NCBI GenBank assembly: GCA_964016885.1
Contig: CAXHJY010001097.1
Location: 124,001 to 188,000, forward strand
Direction: 5' to 3'
From: Eledone cirrhosa
Lineage: Eukaryota
Length of the DNA stretch: 64,000 nucleotides
Shown here: in pieces, positions 27,065-40,904 of the stretch
Layout of the letters: every line of letters begins with the position of its first letter
Numbering within the stretch: the stretch's first letter is position 1
Position numbers and translations under genes: made by a program
Notes under the pieces: generated by a model
The model's database searches: none
Told to the model about the DNA's origin: nothing
What the model saw: only the letters and a program-made list of their open reading frames with translations

Positions 27065-27618
27065 ATGACACCGGTAAGAGGGGTGAAACATTGTCAACGA
27101 CACCGAGTACCTGCTGTCTTCATTATAACTTTAATTAATCTAATTATATCTTGTGTAACAATTATATATATATACACAATTTTCTCTCCCCGACATCAGT
27201 CTTACACTGTCATATCTATTCTTACTTTACAATTGTGTCTACTAAGAGTTCCATTACAATCTGTAGTAGTAAAACTACTATTTCACCAGAACATCTTCTA
27301 TCAGTCATTTATAGACAATATATATATTTTAGACCACATATCAACCTAATATATATATATTTCCTATCAAATCTGTAGCTAAAGACATAAAGTCAGTCTC
27401 ACTACTTCATTCTAACAAGATAGCAATTTATGACTAAAGATGAAGAAGTTACACCAAAGTTAATGTCGTGAAATAAAGCTGATAACATCTTTGAAACTTC
27501 TAATTTGATAACAAAGAGATTATTTCTTTGGTTGTTTAGTAACAACTAACAACACAACACATTGATTATATGTGAAGGGGGTAAGTTGACAAAGATTTAC
27601 TTGAAATCTATATTAATG
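27065..27618 (+). pseudogene. Duplicated ZNF 5' region / non-coding exon (paralog of 5941-6614)
   Basis: Near-identical sequence including the splice acceptor (27378) and donor (27581). It lacks the SINE insertion. Confidence 0.8.
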
Positions 27619-27635
27619 ATAGCCACAAATACTAA

Positions 27636-28485
27636 CTGCTATACTGTACATTAGATAATGTAGTCCTAGGTACACTATGTCTGATAGCCACTATACTGTA
27701 CATCAGATAATGTAGTCCTAGGTACACTATGTCTGATAGCCACTATACTGCACATTAGATAATGTAGTCCTAGGTACACTATGTCTGATAGTCACTATAC
27801 TGTACATTAGGTAATGTAGTCCTAGGTACACTATGTCGGATAGCCACTATACTGTACATTAGGTAATGTAGTCCTAGGTACATTATGTCTGATAGCCACT
27901 ATACTGTACATTAGATAATGTAGTCCTAGGTACACTATGTCTGATAGCCACTATACTGTACATTAGATAATGTAGTCCTAGGTACATTATGTCTGATAGC
28001 CACTATACTGTACATTAGATAATGTAGTCCTAGGTACACTATGTCTGATAGTCACTATACTGTACATTAGGTAATGTAGTCCTAGGTACACTATGTCGGA
28101 TAGCCACTATACTGTACATTAGGTAATGTAGTCCTAGGTACATTATGTCTGATAGCCACTATACTGTACATTAGATAATGTAGTCCTAGGTACACTATGT
28201 CTGATAGTCACTATACTGTACATTAGGTAATGTAGTCCTAGGTACACTATGTCGGATAGCCACTATACTGTACATTAGGTAATGTAGTCCTAGGTACATT
28301 ATGTCTGATAGCCACTATACTGTACATTAGATAATGTCGTCCTAGATACACTATGTCTGATAGCCACTAAACTGTACATTAGATAATGTAGTCCTAGGTA
28401 CACTATGTCTTATAGCCAGTAATACTAACTACTGTACTGTACATTAGATAATGTAGTCCTAGATACAATATGTCTGATAGTCACT
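27636..28485. repeat. 52-bp minisatellite, ~16 copies
   Basis: Unit GATAGCCACTATACTGTACATTAGATAATGTAGTCCTAGGTACACTATGTCT. Confidence 0.97.
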
Positions 28486-28966
28486 AGTATATACGTAGTT
28501 CTCAGGGAGATTCAGCGAGATGTATGACAAGGCTTCCCTGTGAAATACATGTAGAACCCATCTTATATTATAATGTGTCTGAGTATTTCATTGACACGTA
28601 TACCGTTGACATTTTTCTCAGGGAGATTCAGTGTGACAATTCTATGTAACAACGTTTCCACTATAATTACTGGTACAACTTATTATTTTCCAGCTGGGTG
28701 AAATAAAACAGTGAGAAATAATGTGTCTTGTTCAAGGCCACAACGTACAGGTCGCCAGGTCTGGGATTCGAACTCACGAACCATAGGTTCGTGAATTACG
28801 CGCTATCACCGCCTAAACATGGTGTCCTCCACACAAAATATACCGGAATGACTTCATCCGGATTCATTCACGAACAAGAATTACATGTCCGACTGAAAGA
28901 CTCTGGAGTTTTTACCTGTCTTGGGTTTAATTAATGAGGAATTTTGAGGTATTTATAACATTTATT

Positions 28967-29586
28967 GGCACTGTCATGGTATTAGCTGTCAGAAGTGAAA
29001 GCAGAAGAAGGTGACGTCATTCGTCAACCTTCTCAATCCTTTATTTCCGTATCACTATTCCGTTTATTTATGTTTAGGATTTTCTAAGAGATACGTTTAC
29101 GATGAGATACACTTATTAAAAAATAATACGGGGACCAAATAACCCCGTAATTTTCGAGAGAAACGATAATATACAATCTTATTTAACATGTGCATTAAAA
29201 ACTACACAAGCTGTTACAATTGTAATTAACGTGTAAGAACTTAAATGAAAATATAGGTGGCCCTTAAAAGGGCCGGTGTTGAAACAAGTCATGGTTATCA
29301 AGTTAGAAAACAAATTTAAGTTCAACACCTGCCCTTTTAAGGGCCACCTATATTTTCATTTAAGTTCTTACACGTTAATTACAATTGTAACAGCTAGTGT
29401 AGTTTTTAATGCACATGTTAAATAAGATTGTATATTATCGTTTCTCTCGAAAATTACGGGGTTATTTGGTCCCCATAAAGAAAATCATAAACGTAAATAA
29501 ACGGAATAGTGATACGGAAATAAAGGATTGAGAAGGTTGACGAATGACGTCACCTTCTTTCTGACAGCTAATACCACGACAGTGCC
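28967..29586. mobile_element. Foldback MITE with ~270-320-bp TIRs, probably Merlin-derived
   Basis: GGCACTGTCATGG...CCACGACAGTGCC with a ~37-nt loop and 8-bp TSD CATTTATT / CAATTATT. Confidence 0.85.
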
Positions 29587-29865
29587 CAATTATTAATTAT
29601 TTCATTACTGAGATATCATTGGAAGGATTTACTAAAGTTTTTAATTATTAATTATTTAATTAGTAACTTAACAGTTGGAAGATTTTAGGCAGAAGCTATG
29701 TAGCCGGTGCCGGTAAAATAGACTCACAGGCTATGTAGCCGGTAAGAGTGTCAGACACCACGTGTTACGGCCCTTTATGGTCTGAGTTAAGACAATTTAA
29801 AATCTTTTCCACCATCAATTGTTAAAAAACATTTAGTCGTCCATTCGTAACGTACGTTACACTTT

Positions 29866-30540
29866 AGTTACATACACATCTACTGTGTTACATACACATC
29901 TACTGTGTTATATATACACACACATCTACTGTGTTACATACATACACATCTACTGTGTTACATACACACACATCTACTGTGTTACATACACACACATGTA
30001 GTGTGTTACATACACATACATCTACTGTGTTACACACACACACACACACACACCTCCTGTGTTACATACACACACATCTGATGAGTTACATACACACCAA
30101 CACATATCTACTGGGTTACACAGACACACTCACATCTACTGTGTTACATACACACATCTACTGGGTTACACACATGCATCTACTATGTTACATACACACA
30201 TCTACTGAGTTACATACACACACATCTACTGTGTTACATACACACATCTACTGAGTTACATACACACACATCTACTGTGTTACATACACACATCTACTGA
30301 GTTACATACACACACATCTACTGGGTTACATATATACACACATCTACTGTGTTACATACACACATCTACTGTGTTACACACACACATCTACTGTGTTACA
30401 TACACACACATCTACTGAGTTACATACACACACATCTACTGAGTTACATACACACACATCTAATGGGTTACACATCTACTCATACATATTCATAAATAGA
30501 CACACGATACAAAATAATTATTACATACACACACATCTAT
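29866..30540. repeat. ~20-26-bp minisatellite CATAC(AC)nATCTACTG(T/A/G)GTTA
   Basis: Directly visible tandem array. Confidence 0.93.
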
Positions 30541-30977
30541 GTAATGATTGAGGAAGGAATTGGCTGGTGAAACGCTATAGCGATGTGTGTGTTTCGTACC
30601 TTTCAGGTTTACCGGCTTCGTAGCCTATTCGAAGATTTTATTATAATTATGAACCTCGTATTTCAATTAATTATGAATAATTTTGAGCTATCTCTCACAA
30701 TTGTTAGTTAATTACTAACATAGTAACTTAACATATGGTTGTTATATAGAATTTCGTTGGAAGACTTTAATTTAGATAGGAACCATTTCCATAGAACGAG
30801 AACCAATTTTGGCTGGGTTTCTACCAAAAGGGTTAATGAAGAATGTTGAACAATTTACTAAAATTATTAATTATTTCATTACTAGGATAATGTTTGAATA
30901 CACAATTATATATGTGTGTGTATATATATATATAAACAGTATATATACAGTATATATATAGTACACATATAGTTAAC

Positions 30978-31108
30978 ATATGTTGATGCCCTAAGGACAG
31001 ACACTGGTCTGTTGGAGATGCAGGATATGGCAGCGATAATGAGGGACAGAGACCGCTGGAGAGAACTCGTCCATGGATCTCGGGAATTTTACCCGCCTTA
31101 GATAGATA
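30978..31108 (+). mobile_element. Short 3' end of a different LINE (RTE-like)
   Basis: Reads DALRTDTGLLEMQDMAAIMRDRDRWRELV...stop, followed by a TAGA tail. Confidence 0.55.
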
Positions 31109-31418
31109 TAGTACACAAAAGATGTAGTGGGATAATGAGTAGTCTTAAGACAAGTCTGTCCAGATAGCTGTGCTGTAACTTACACTTATTGGGACTGTGT
31201 GTTGGCTAGCAGGCCTGTATTTTGGGATCTAGCTGGTCCATTATGAGGGAGGTCTGGTTAGTTGGCAACACCATGCCTTACTTGTGGTATATGTATGTAT
31301 AGAAATAAGTTATTGTATATGTATAACTGTCCATCTATATGTATATACATGTGCGTTTAAGTATGTGTTTACATACATATATACATTTTCAGATGTATGC
31401 ATGTAAGAGTATATATAT

Positions 31419-31464
<46 letters not shown>

Positions 31465-31568
31465 ATACATATGAGTGTATATATATATATATATAAATAT
31501 ATAAACATACATATGAGTGTATATATATATATATATAAACATACATATGAGTGTATATATATATATTC

Positions 31569-31600
<32 letters not shown>

Positions 31601-31679
31601 CATCATCATCATCATCGTTTAACGTCCATATATATATAAACATACATATGAGTGTATATATATATATATATATATATAT

Positions 31680-32320
<641 letters not shown>

Positions 32321-33810
32321 TACAATCTATGTATAATGAAACACTCAGTAAGGTTAGAATTGACAATGAATATTGTGAAGAATTTAGTGTAAAAGTTGGT
32401 GTTCACCAAGGCTCTGTCCTTAGCCCCCTCCTATTTATTATTGCCCTTCAGGCTATAACAGAGGAGTTCAAGACGGGCTGCCCATGGGAACTCTTATATG
32501 CAGATGATCTAACGCTCATAGCTGAATCAATGGCTGAACTAGAGAAGAAATTCCAAACATGCAAACATGGTCTAGAATCACAAGGCCTTAAAGTTAACGT
32601 GTCTAAGACTAAAGTCCTAGTTTGTAGAAAGGAAAATAAGGCACAGGTACCCTCAGGGAAATGGCCTTGCTCATTGAGTAGGAAAGGAGAGGGCACAAAT
32701 TCAATTTTATGTCCCAAATGCAAAGTATGGGTACATAAAGATGTAGTAGGATCACAGGTAAACTATCTAAGAATGTAGACTTTATATGTGGCCAATGCTC
32801 AGGTGACAGGTAGCAAGTTTCCACAGGATACTAGCCCCTTCTATTGCCCAGATGGTTCCATAGAAATAATAGACACTTTCCGTTACCTGGGTGACAAAAT
32901 CAGCAGTGGTGGAGGGTGTTCTGAAAGTACAGTAGCCAGAGTCAGAACGGGATGGAAAAAGTTCAGAGAGCTTATACCACTATTAGCCGCTAGAGGGTTC
33001 TCCCTAAAAATGAAAGGCAGGCTGTATGATGCCTGCATACGAACAGCAATGTTAAATGGCAGTGAGACCTGGGCATTGTGTGCAGAGGATATATGCAGAC
33101 TAGACAGAAACGAAGCTTGCATGCTCCGCTGGATGTGTAATAGTAATATACGTGAACGGCAAAGCATAAACAAACTAAGGGAGAAATTAGGAATAAGAGG
33201 GATCAGATGTTGTTTACTCGAGAGAAGACTACGTTGGTATGTTCACGTGATGCGCATGAAAGACGACAGCTGTATAAAAAAGTGCAGGGCGATCAAAATA
33301 GGTGGTAGCCACGGAGTAGGCAGACCCAGAAAACCCTGGGACGACTTGATAAATTCCAACCTCACACACTTACATCTCTCTAAGACAATGTCACTGGACC
33401 GAGATCTTTGGCGCTACCTAGTCATACAGAAGACCCGCCTTGCCTAAGTACAAAGCGAAACCTAGTCAGTAGGCACCTCTAACAAAATACACCCCCGTCC
33501 CACTACCCCCACCCCATCCACACCACCCCCTTAAATGTCCAGTCCGAAACAAATGAGGTCGTGTAGGTGTCACGACAAAAAAACACACAGTCCATGCTGT
33601 AATGTGGCCATGTAGGCAACACGGTAAAAACCTCCCAGTCCACACTGTAAACGTGGTTGGTGTTAGGAAGGGCACCCAGCCTTAGAAAACCCGCCAGACA
33701 GTCCTATACGAGCAGGACAACAAATCTTGCCTCAAGTGGGAAACCTCCCGTCCAAACCCATGCAAGCATGGAAGATGGACGTTAAACGATGATGATGATG
33801 ATGATGATGA
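32321..33810 (+). mobile_element. RTE-LINE 3' portion
   Basis: [17 protein letters not shown] and C-terminal ORF 32788-33447, with a (GAT)n tail. Confidence 0.93.
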
Positions 33811-34016
33811 TATAAAACATATCTGTAATGTTATTTATATATATATAAAACATATATGTAATGTTATTTATATATATATATATATATAAAACATATTTGT
33901 AATGTTAATCAATTGAAAATTAAACTTAAAGGTGTAGTAATGCCACTAACGTTTTTCTATCTTTAAATAATTAGATACTTATTTATATAATTGTAAATAC
34001 AAGTGCCACAGCACAC

Positions 34017-34047
<31 letters not shown>

Positions 34048-34338
34048 CATGCTAGAGTCTCAGAGAACGAGAGAAGAATGAAGGACAGGTATATGCATGG
34101 TAGAAATAGCAGCCAAAGCCCAGCAAAGTACAGAATGAAGAACACACACACTCCCTCTCTCTTTCTCTCTCTCACACACACACATATATATTTATGTATG
34201 CATGTATGTATATGGTTAATGGAATTATGTAATAAAATGAAGATGTACAAATAAAACTGTCTCTTATTTATTACACTGACACTTCGATTGATACCTTACT
34301 GAGAAAATCCTAATCGTAAAGTGCTTTACTATATATAG

Positions 34339-34400
<62 letters not shown>

Positions 34401-34405
<5 letters not shown>

Positions 34406-34705
34406 TTCAAAATATTAACAAAAATAGACATTTGTATGATCAAGTATATTTTATTATACATATTTCAGAGGTACTGAGCTATCTTCAACAGTACGTCCTC
34501 ATCAGATAAAATAAGACGAAGAATGACATACCCTGACATAGTAGATGGTTAAGATTCAGTCATGGTATGTCAGGGTATGTCATGCATCATCTTATTTTAT
34601 CTGATGAGGACGTACTGTTGAAGATAGCTCAGTACCTCTGAAATATGTATAATAAAATATACTTGATCACACGAATGTCTATTTTTGTTAATATTTTGAA
34701 TTAAT
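34401..34705. repeat. ~140-bp inverted repeat (Penelope-like pLTR inversion) with a hammerhead on each strand
   Basis: 34401-34540 is the reverse complement of 34566-34705. Confidence 0.92.
34594..34658 (+). ncRNA. Type I hammerhead ribozyme motif (identical copy on the minus strand at 34448-34512)
   Basis: ATTTTAT-CTGATGA-GGACGTACTG...CAGTACCTCT-GAAA-TATGTA-TA^-ATAAAAT. Confidence 0.8.
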
Positions 34706-34797
34706 ATTAATAACTCTGGAAAACCATAGCTGTTGAGTGCTTCCCATATATTGTAAAACTTATTCTTTGATTTATTCATTGAACCTTGTTTAACCTT

Positions 34798-34861
<64 letters not shown>

Positions 34862-34952
34862 GTATGTAAAAGGTAAACAGAAATAACAACACAATCGGTA
34901 CAGTATATGCAAGGTATATATTAGGTTAACGCTTGATATAGCAGGAAGAGGG

Positions 34953-34988
34953 TCTTGACGTTTTGGATGCTAGTCCTTTATCAGAAGA
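34953..34988 (-). ncRNA. Mutated minimal hammerhead (likely inactive)
   Basis: TCTT-CTGATaA-aGGA ctagca TCC-aAAA-CG-TC^-AAGA. Two core G->A changes. Confidence 0.55.
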
Positions 34989-35047
34989 AAGAGTGATGAA
35001 TAAAATAGATATATATATATAGTAAAGCACTTTACGATTAGGATTAT

Positions 35048-35124
<77 letters not shown>

Positions 35125-35129
<5 letters not shown>

Positions 35130-35660
35130 TATTCCGGGTTGAATCAGAGGTAACCACAGTAAGTAAGGTACTCAATACATAGCAGAGTATAAAAGTTTTA
35201 ATATAGAAGAGCTTCTCCAGGACTAGAGCTGTTTCATTCATGAGAAATCATCAGGGAGCTGCTGTCCGAATAGTGGTATTTATATCTTTTCTTTTCTGGT
35301 GGTAGGAGAGGGTGGGGGTTGGGATGGGTGGAGGTCATTGGTTGAAGGATTTAAAGAAAAGGGAGTTCATTAAAAGCTAATTATTTAAAGCTATAGTAAT
35401 AACAAAGGCAGGAAGAATACTGTAAACAAAATCATGTTTGGAATACCAATCCTAGTTTATCACTTAGACTAACAATGGCTGTAAGACTGGTGTCTACAGG
35501 ATGGGTGGGGTTCAATGGTTTAAAGAAAAGGGAAATTCTTTAGAAGCTAATTGTTTAAGGCTGAAATAAGGGTGACAAAGGCAGAAAGGGTTCCATCAAC
35601 AGATTCAAGTGTTGGGTGCTTCCCCTTATTGTGAAGTTTCTCTTAATATATATTCCAGGT
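35125..35660 (-). mobile_element. Probable Penelope-like pLTR with a degenerate hammerhead (~35211-35262)
   Basis: Minus strand GCTCC-CTGATGA-TTTCTCATGAAT-GAAAC agctcta GTC ctGGAG. Stem I register is imperfect. Confidence 0.5.
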
Positions 35661-35729
35661 GTTGACAAACACATTCACACACTCGCCCGCGTACACACAC
35701 ATACACGCACACACACAACAAACATACAT

Positions 35730-35921
35730 AATTGTTTCTACTTTAGGCACAAGGCCAGCAATTACCCAGTGTATTACTGGTACTTTATTTTTTATCGACC
35801 CCGTAAGGATGAAAGGCAAAGTTAACCTCGGCGGGATTTGAACTCAGAATGGCAAGGGCCGTAACTCTATGCGCCAAAGCATGGCATCCGACCCTCTATC
35901 GGTACTGCCAATCCACCGCCT
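35730..35921 (-). mobile_element. tRNA-derived SINE (GGCGGTGGATTGGCAG family)
   Basis: Same family at 42955-43135(+), 43663-43855(+), 47213-47390(+), 58295-58483(-) and 2312-2385(-). Confidence 0.88.
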
Positions 35922-35997
35922 TCATACATACATACATACATAATGGTACATACACATATACAAATATATACACATATATATACATATACATACACAT

Positions 35998-38900
35998 ATC
36001 ATCATCATCATCATCATCGTTTAACGTCCATCTTCCATGTCTGCATGGGTTTGGACGGGAGCTTTCCCACTTGAGGCAAGATTTGTTGTCCTGCTCGTAT
36101 AGGACTGTCTGGCAGGTTTTCTACGGCTGGATGCCTTTCCTAACACCAACCACCTTTACAGTGTGGGACTGGGAAGTTTTTACCGAGTTGCCTACACGGC
36201 CACATTACAGCGTGGACTGTGTGTTTTTTGTCGTGACACCTACACAACCTCATTTGTTTCGGCCTGGATGTTGTGGCACCAACATAACTTTACATTGAAA
36301 GGGGCGGTGCGGATGGGGTGGGATGGTTTGTTAGAGAGGCCTACTGACTGTAGTAAGTTTTACTTTGTATTTAGGTAAGGCGGGTCTTCTCTATTACTGA
36401 GTACCGCCAAAGATCTCGGTCCAGTGACATTGTCTTGGAGAGGTGTAAGTGTGTGAGGTCGGAATTTATCAGGTCGTCCCAGGTTTTTCTGCGTCTGCCT
36501 ACTCCGTGGCTACCGTCTATCTTTATTGCCCTGCACTTTTTTATACAGCTGTCGTCTTTCATGCGCATCACGTGACCATACCAACGTAGCCTTCTCTCGA
36601 CTAAACAACATCTGATCCCTCTTATTTCTAATTTTTCCATTAGTTTGTTTATGCTTTGCCGTTCGCGTATATTATTATTACACATCCAGTGGAGCATGCA
36701 AGCTTCGTTCCTCTCTAGTCTGCGTATATCCTCTGCACACAATGCCCAGGTCTCACGGCCATGCAACATTTATGTTCGTATGCAGGCATCATACAGCCTA
36801 CCTTTCATTTTTAAGGAGAACCCTTTAGCGACCAATAGTGGTATAAGCTCTCTGAACTTTTTCCATCCAGTTCTGACTCTAGCTACTGTACTTTCAGAGC
36901 ACCCTCCCCCACTGCTGATTTTGTCACCCAGGTAACGGAAGGTGTCCACTATTTCTATAGAACCCTCTGCGCAATTGAAAGAGCTAGTATTTTTTGGGCA
37001 CTTGCTGCTACTTATTGCACCAGAGCACCGGCCACATGTAAAATCTATGTTCTTAGTTAGCTTACCTGTGATTCCACTATATATTTTATGCACCCATACT
37101 TTGCATTTGGGACATAAAATGGAGTTTCTACCTACACCTTTCCTACACACTGAGCATGGCCATTTCCCGGAAGGGACCGGCGCCTTATTTTCTTTCCTAC
37201 AAACTAGAACTTTAGTCTTAGCCAGGTTAATTTCTAGGCCGTGCTTCCATGTTTGGAATTTCTTCTCTAGCTCGGCCATTGATTCAGCTATGAGCGTTAG
37301 ATCATCTGCGTATAGGAGTTCCCATGGGCAGCCGGTCTTGAACTCCACTGTTATAGCCTGTAGGGCAATAATAAATAGTAGGGGGCTAAGAACAGAGCCC
37401 TGATGAACACCAACTTTTACGCTAAACTCTTCACTATATTCGTTGTTAATTCTAACCTTGCTGACTGTTTCTTTATACATGGCTTGTATAGCTCTCACAA
37501 GCCATTCATCAACACCTAGTTTTCTAAGAGCCCACCAGATAATGGAACGGGGGACTCTGTCGAAGGCTTTCTCCAAGTCGACAGAAGCTAAGTATAGAGG
37601 TTTACTTTTAGCTAGGTACTTCTCCTGTAGTTGTCGCACAATGAAAAGAGCGTCTGTGGTACTTTTGCCTGACACAAACCCGAACTACATTTCATCTAGA
37701 TCAATTCTCTCTCTGATTAGTTGCACTATTACTTTTTCTGTTACCTTCATGACCAGGTCGATTAATTTAATGCCTCTATAGTTACTCCTATCTAGGGCGT
37801 CTCCTTTACCCTTGTAACAGTTAACGATGATGCTGCTGCCCCATTCTGTATGACTTGGTTTACTATCCGGGTGACCATGGTGTGTCCCACCATTCCAGAG
37901 GCCTTCAGCATCTCAGCAACTATTTCCGAAGGCCTTACCTGTCTTCATATCTTTGATTGCCTTACTTATTATACTACCTTCAACTAACACTGCTGGTCCC
38001 TCTATTGGATCGATCTGGGGGAGACTATCCTTCTCCCATTTATTCTCCTCATTTAATAGCCTCTCGTAGTGACACTTCCAAGCTACCTTCTTATCAGCGT
38101 CGGTAATGGCAAGTATGCCATCATCGTTAAGTACACACTTCTCCCCGACAATATCACGGTTTTCCTTGACACATTGCCTAGCAATCCTGAACACCTCACG
38201 TTTTTGGTCCTCGCGTTGTAGAACATGCTTGAACTTTCTTTCCTCTGCTTCCCTTCTTGTGAAGTACACTTGTCTCCTAGCTTCCCTCCTGGCCACTTGA
38301 TAGTCTTCTCTACTTCCCCCATCCCGCCATGCTTTCCAAGCCTGCTTTTTGGCCTTGATTGACCCCTCCACTTTACTGTTCCACCACCATGTTACTCTCC
38401 TCCTGCCTACAGGCCTGCTTCAGCCACAGACTTCATCTGCCACCATCAGCAGGTTTGCTTTCAGGAATTCCCACTGATCCTCTACCTTGTACGACTCTAA
38501 TTGCTCTTCCTTACTGTCGAAAGCATCAAGTAATATGCTTTGAAATTTATTTCTGGCTGTGGGATCCTTTAGCTTTCATATTTTTCTCCTGAGGATAGTC
38601 CTCTTCTGCTGTCTAGTACGTCTCGTCCTGACTATGAGGTCGCTAATTATCAGTCTATGTTGGGAGGTGCATTCTTCATGGGGGAGGGATTTAGTGTTTA
38701 CAACAGACACTCTGTCACGTCTTCTGGTAAGAATATAATCTACCTGGCTGGTGTGTTCTCCTGATCTGTAGGTGATCAAGTGATTGTCTCGTTTTTTGAA
38801 GTTAGTGTTACAGATAGTTAGGTTGTTCGCATCACAGAATTCCAGGATTCTGGAGCCTTCCTCGCTTCTAGTACCAAACCCATAGCCTCCGTGGATTCCG

Positions 38901-39720
38901 TCATAGCCGTCACAATGTTGTCCAACGTGACCATTTAGGTCGCCAGCAATAATTATATAGTCACTGTCGGTTATTTGGGAGGTAGTGAACATCAGTGTCT
39001 CATAGAATCTGTCTTTTATAGCGCCAGGCAGTCCGGATTGGGGCGCGTATGCAGATATTACTGTCACAGTAGTTCTGTTTAGAACAAGTCTTATTTTAAT
39101 TATTCTGTCATTCACTCTATTTACATCTATTATCTTATCCACCCATTGTTCTGCTAACATGATTCTTACCCCACCTATCCCATTGTCATTCCCCACCCAG
39201 AAAAGCTTATAGCAACGTTTTTTACCCACAATGAATCTAGCAGACCCTCCCCTCCACCTGGGCTCTTGAATACAGCAAACATCAACCTCCTTACGTTCAA
39301 GCAATTCTACAACCTCGTTAGAGCGGCCTTTTAAGGTGCCTACGTTCACGGTACCAACTCTGAAGTTTTGGATTGTGTTTGGAGGATAGGGCGCAGGGAG
39401 GGTGAGGGGAATGAGTTTGGGGTTATGTTGGCCATCCGCGGCCGAAACAAAGAGGGGGGGGGCCTTGCCCTTTTGTTCGGCAGCATGAGGTGAATTTGTT
39501 GTTATCTTTGGCATTGTCATCGAGTGTCCAGATTCTTCAGACTCTCCAGAAATTCCTTAGTCCATCCATCATATCGAAAAGCAGCCAGTGGTGATAGCAT
39601 AGGCCGTTGACTTGTGATTGGTCCAAATAGTAAAGGTGGAGAGTGGGGGCGGGACGGAGGGATATGGGGTAGTTAGCAATGAGGGAGAATATTTAGAACC
39701 AGCGTGGAGAAGATTAAATT
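35998..39720 (-). mobile_element. Near full-length RTE-LINE with stops and deletions
   Basis: ORFs 38576-39520 (APE), 37913-38371, 36770-37675 (RT + PHD) and 36371-36769. Highly similar to the intact copy at 52731. Confidence 0.96.
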
Positions 39721-40114
39721 AAAGCAAGAATAGCAACGATTGTAGATATATATGGATGAATGAACGAGGTTTTAAGGAGACAAGAAGAAAATGTTCTATA
39801 ATACATTACATTTTCGTAGAATCGACTGACCATTTAATAACGGTTGACAAGTTATAGTAATAATTATAGTAATAATAATAAATTTGAAGACTAAAATATA
39901 TATATATATGATAATAATAATAATTGTTATAAAATAAAAAGGAGGATATGTTGTCTTAAGTGGTCCCCAACATTTTCTGCTTCAAATTAACCCCTATTAT
40001 ATACAAATTGCAACGTATACCTTCCTGCCAGATGGTTGAACGTCCGAAAGTATATAATTTCCTTATGCATATTAACGGCTGAGTAGCCCAATTTGCATAT
40101 CGGCAGGAAGGTAT

Positions 40115-40157
40115 ACGTTGCTGATGATAGCTAACAAGCTTGAAACTAGTACAGCGT
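40115..40157 (+). ncRNA. Minimal type I hammerhead ribozyme motif
   Basis: ACGTTG-CTGATGA-tAGC taacaa GCTt-GAAA-CTAG (palindrome)-TA^-CAGCGT, preceded by an inverted repeat 40010-40030 / 40101-40121. Confidence 0.75.
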
Positions 40158-40504
40158 TTCTTTGTCAGTGTTGAACAAACGAGCAACGATGGTTGCTGGA
40201 CACTACGGCTTAATTTGGGATGTTTGTTTACAAACACACCGAGCATTGTAATGAATGTTTGGTGAATCCATACGTACATATATATATGTGTGCATGTATG
40301 TATATATACATACATACTACTGTACGTCTGTATACATATATGTATGTACGTATACATACTTATATTTAAGTTACAGCCGTACTAAGAGTGGGAAATGAAA
40401 TTTCGTTTCATTTTTTTCGTTTATATATATATATATGTGAAGTAATTCCGTCGGAAAAGTCCAGGAAAAAAGAGTGCTCTATGTAGGTAACAGAGCTTAA
40501 TAGT

Positions 40505-40862
40505 TATGTAATAAACAACATAAGGCAGTAATACAGGGTACCCGACCTCCCATGGGTACATGCTGAAGCATATAAACAATATGCCCCCCACCGCAAGGTG
40601 GTCGTGGAGGTGCCACGGCAAAAAAGCACCCAGCCCACACTGTAAAGTGGACGTGTAGGCGCCACGAAAAAGCACCCAGCACTCACTGTAAATGAGGTTG
40701 GTGTTAGGAAGGGCATCCAGCTGTAGAAATCAAGCCAGATCAGTTCCTGTATGAGCAAGGCATGGTCAGCCGACCAGACACTGCCCACAACAGGACAACC
40801 CGTCTAACCCATGCTAGCGTGGAAGAACGGACGTAAAACGGTGATGATGATGATGATGATGA
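40505..40862 (+). mobile_element. RTE-LINE 3' UTR fragment
   Basis: Reverse complement of 20312-20650, with a (GAT)n tail. Confidence 0.88.
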
Positions 40863-40904
40863 AGGCAATTATTTCATTTACCAGTGGTTTCTTAAAAGCA
40901 AACA

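Noticed and set aside
30545-30625. Possible hammerhead (CTGAAAGGTACGAAAC on the minus strand); similar case at 3090-3135
   Set aside because: The core deviates from CUGANGA and the stems do not close.
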